8,019 nucleotides of DNA from Octopus sinensis (lineage: Eukaryota). A program made the position numbers and the translations under genes. Shown piece after piece: positions 6,864 through 8,019 of the stretch. A model generated the notes under the pieces. That model was given only the letters and a program-made list of their open reading frames with translations, searched no databases and was not told the origin of the DNA. Numbering within the stretch: the stretch's first letter is position 1; every line of letters starts with the position of its first letter. The stretch spans positions 1-8,019 of the forward strand of contig NW_021828612.1 of NCBI RefSeq assembly GCF_006345805.1, read 5' to 3'.

Positions 6864-7015
6864 GTATGGCCAGCTTCTACCAAATTCAATCACAAAGCAT
6901 TGGTTGGGCCGGCGTTGTAGTAGCACGCACTTGCTCAAGGTACTGACTAATGGGAATGAACCCGAAACCACGTGCTTGTTTTGTGAGCTTCGTAACCACA
7001 CGGTCATACCTGCAC
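6519..7015 (-). mobile_element. Near full-length CORE-type tRNA-derived SINE (octopus OR-like family) with internal (TG/TA) microsatellite
   Basis: The minus strand reads GTGCAGGTATGACCGTGTGGTT (A-box-like), GGGTTCATTCCC (B-box-like, 6952-6963), GTACCTTGAGCAAGTG (CORE-like, compare ACCTTGGGCAAGT; 6928-6943), an SSR at 6714-6866, a 3' body CGCTTGACAAC...TTACGTCTCCGTAACCTAGCGATTCGG, and a tail CCAGCATGACCGTAGTCCAATGACTGAAACAAATAAAC. Matches the remembered octopus SINE architecture. Exact family name not verified. Confidence 0.88.
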
Positions 7016-7019
7016 ACTC

Positions 7020-7124
7020 ATTCATTCACTCACTCGCACACACATACACATACATACATACATACATACATACATACATACATACATACATACGTATGTA
7101 CGTACATACACATACATATATATA

Positions 7125-7160
<36 letters not shown>

Positions 7161-7210
7161 TATATATATATATGTATATATATATATGCATGTATATGTA
7201 GGTATACATA

Positions 7211-7244
<34 letters not shown>

Positions 7245-7350
7245 TGTATATGTATTTGTATGCATGCATATATGTGTGTATATATATATATGCGTATGGG
7301 GAGTATATGTATATGATCACAGACACACACACGTGCCTATATATGTATAT
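7020..7350. repeat. (TACA)n / (TATG)n / (TA)n microsatellite field
   Basis: (CATA)n ~7050-7092, then (TATG)n ~7131-7160 and TA tracts. Confidence 0.95.
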
Positions 7351-7387
7351 ACTGGAAGTGAGCAAAGCAGATATAAAGGAAGCGATT

Positions 7388-7562
7388 GGGTGGGTAGGGG
7401 GGGTAGGTGAGTGTGAGAGAGGAAGAAAGAGACACAGCATGAGAGAGAGAGTGATGTAGGGGGAGAGAGAGGTAATATAAGAGCGCAAGGGGATGAGGGA
7501 GGGAGGCGGAGAGAGAAAGAGAGAGAGGAGGGAAACAGTGAAACCGTGAGAGAAAGGGGGAA
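7388..7562. repeat. G/GA-rich purine tract
   Basis: GGGTGGGTAGGGGGGG at 7388-7403, followed by degenerate (GA)n to ~7560. Confidence 0.85.
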
Positions 7563-7589
7563 TGTGCCATTTATTTAGATGCATTCTAT

Positions 7590-7805
7590 AAAACACACAC
7601 GTCACATGCACACACATACACAAATGCACGCACACACACACACAAGCACGAATATATATGTATATATAAATATGTAAATACAATCATATATAAGTGTATA
7701 TATGTATTTATGTTTATTATCTCTATTCCCATAATAAAACAGTAGGGGACAAATAGATATATAAATGGATAAGTAAAAACAACTAGAAGATACGTATACA
7801 TATAC

Positions 7806-7847
<42 letters not shown>

Positions 7848-7944
7848 TAGATAGACCATTAGCAAGACACATGAATCTATCTACGTACATGCAAACATAC
7901 ATGTATATATATACATACATACATACATATATATATATATATAC

Positions 7945-7999
<55 letters not shown>

Positions 8000-8019
8000 A
8001 TATATATATATAATATATA
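7590..8019. repeat. CA/TA/TACA microsatellite field running to the window end
   Basis: (CA)n ~7630-7644, (TA)n ~7806-7848 and ~7925-7989, (TACA)n ~7905-7928. Confidence 0.93.

Noticed and set aside
6940-7015. tRNA-like A/B boxes as a tRNA gene
   Set aside because: No convincing cloverleaf, and it continues directly into the CORE-like block, so it is a SINE head.
3652-8019. All ORFs from 3652 onward (YI-, CV-, HT-, LS- and YVCM-rich peptides, including the 226, 217 and 182 aa ones)
   Set aside because: They are translations of TA/TG/TATC/TATG/GA microsatellites, which lack in-frame stops, or short chance frames over repeat remnants (5745-5957, 6142-6345). No domain-like sequence.

Overview
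Non-coding eukaryotic DNA, almost certainly from an octopus. The assignment rests on recognisable octopus SINE-type repeats and very high simple-repeat density. No protein-coding gene, RNA gene, CRISPR array or prokaryotic feature is supportable, and every listed ORF lies in or across a microsatellite, minisatellite or SINE remnant, or lacks any recognisable motif. Left domain (1-3645): a degenerate TTGCTA-core minisatellite with a ~15-16 bp period (1-425, 863-1760), plus decayed copies of two interspersed families, a tRNA-derived SINE with a Meta-like core (6 copies) and an unclassified (AAC)n-tailed ~200 bp repeat (5 copies here, 1 more near 6000). Right domain (3648-8019): compound microsatellites (TG, TATC, TATG, TA, GA-rich), a near full-length CORE-type tRNA SINE on the minus strand (6519-7015) and a few short unique islands. 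I did not find a convincing new biological system. The best leads are the strand-polarised inverted SINE array at 1775-3453 (possible dsRNA/ADAR substrate), the unclassified repeat family, the split minisatellite and two weak splice-signal candidates. Family names come from remembered consensus motifs and need a RepeatMasker/Dfam check. Element boundaries are approximate.
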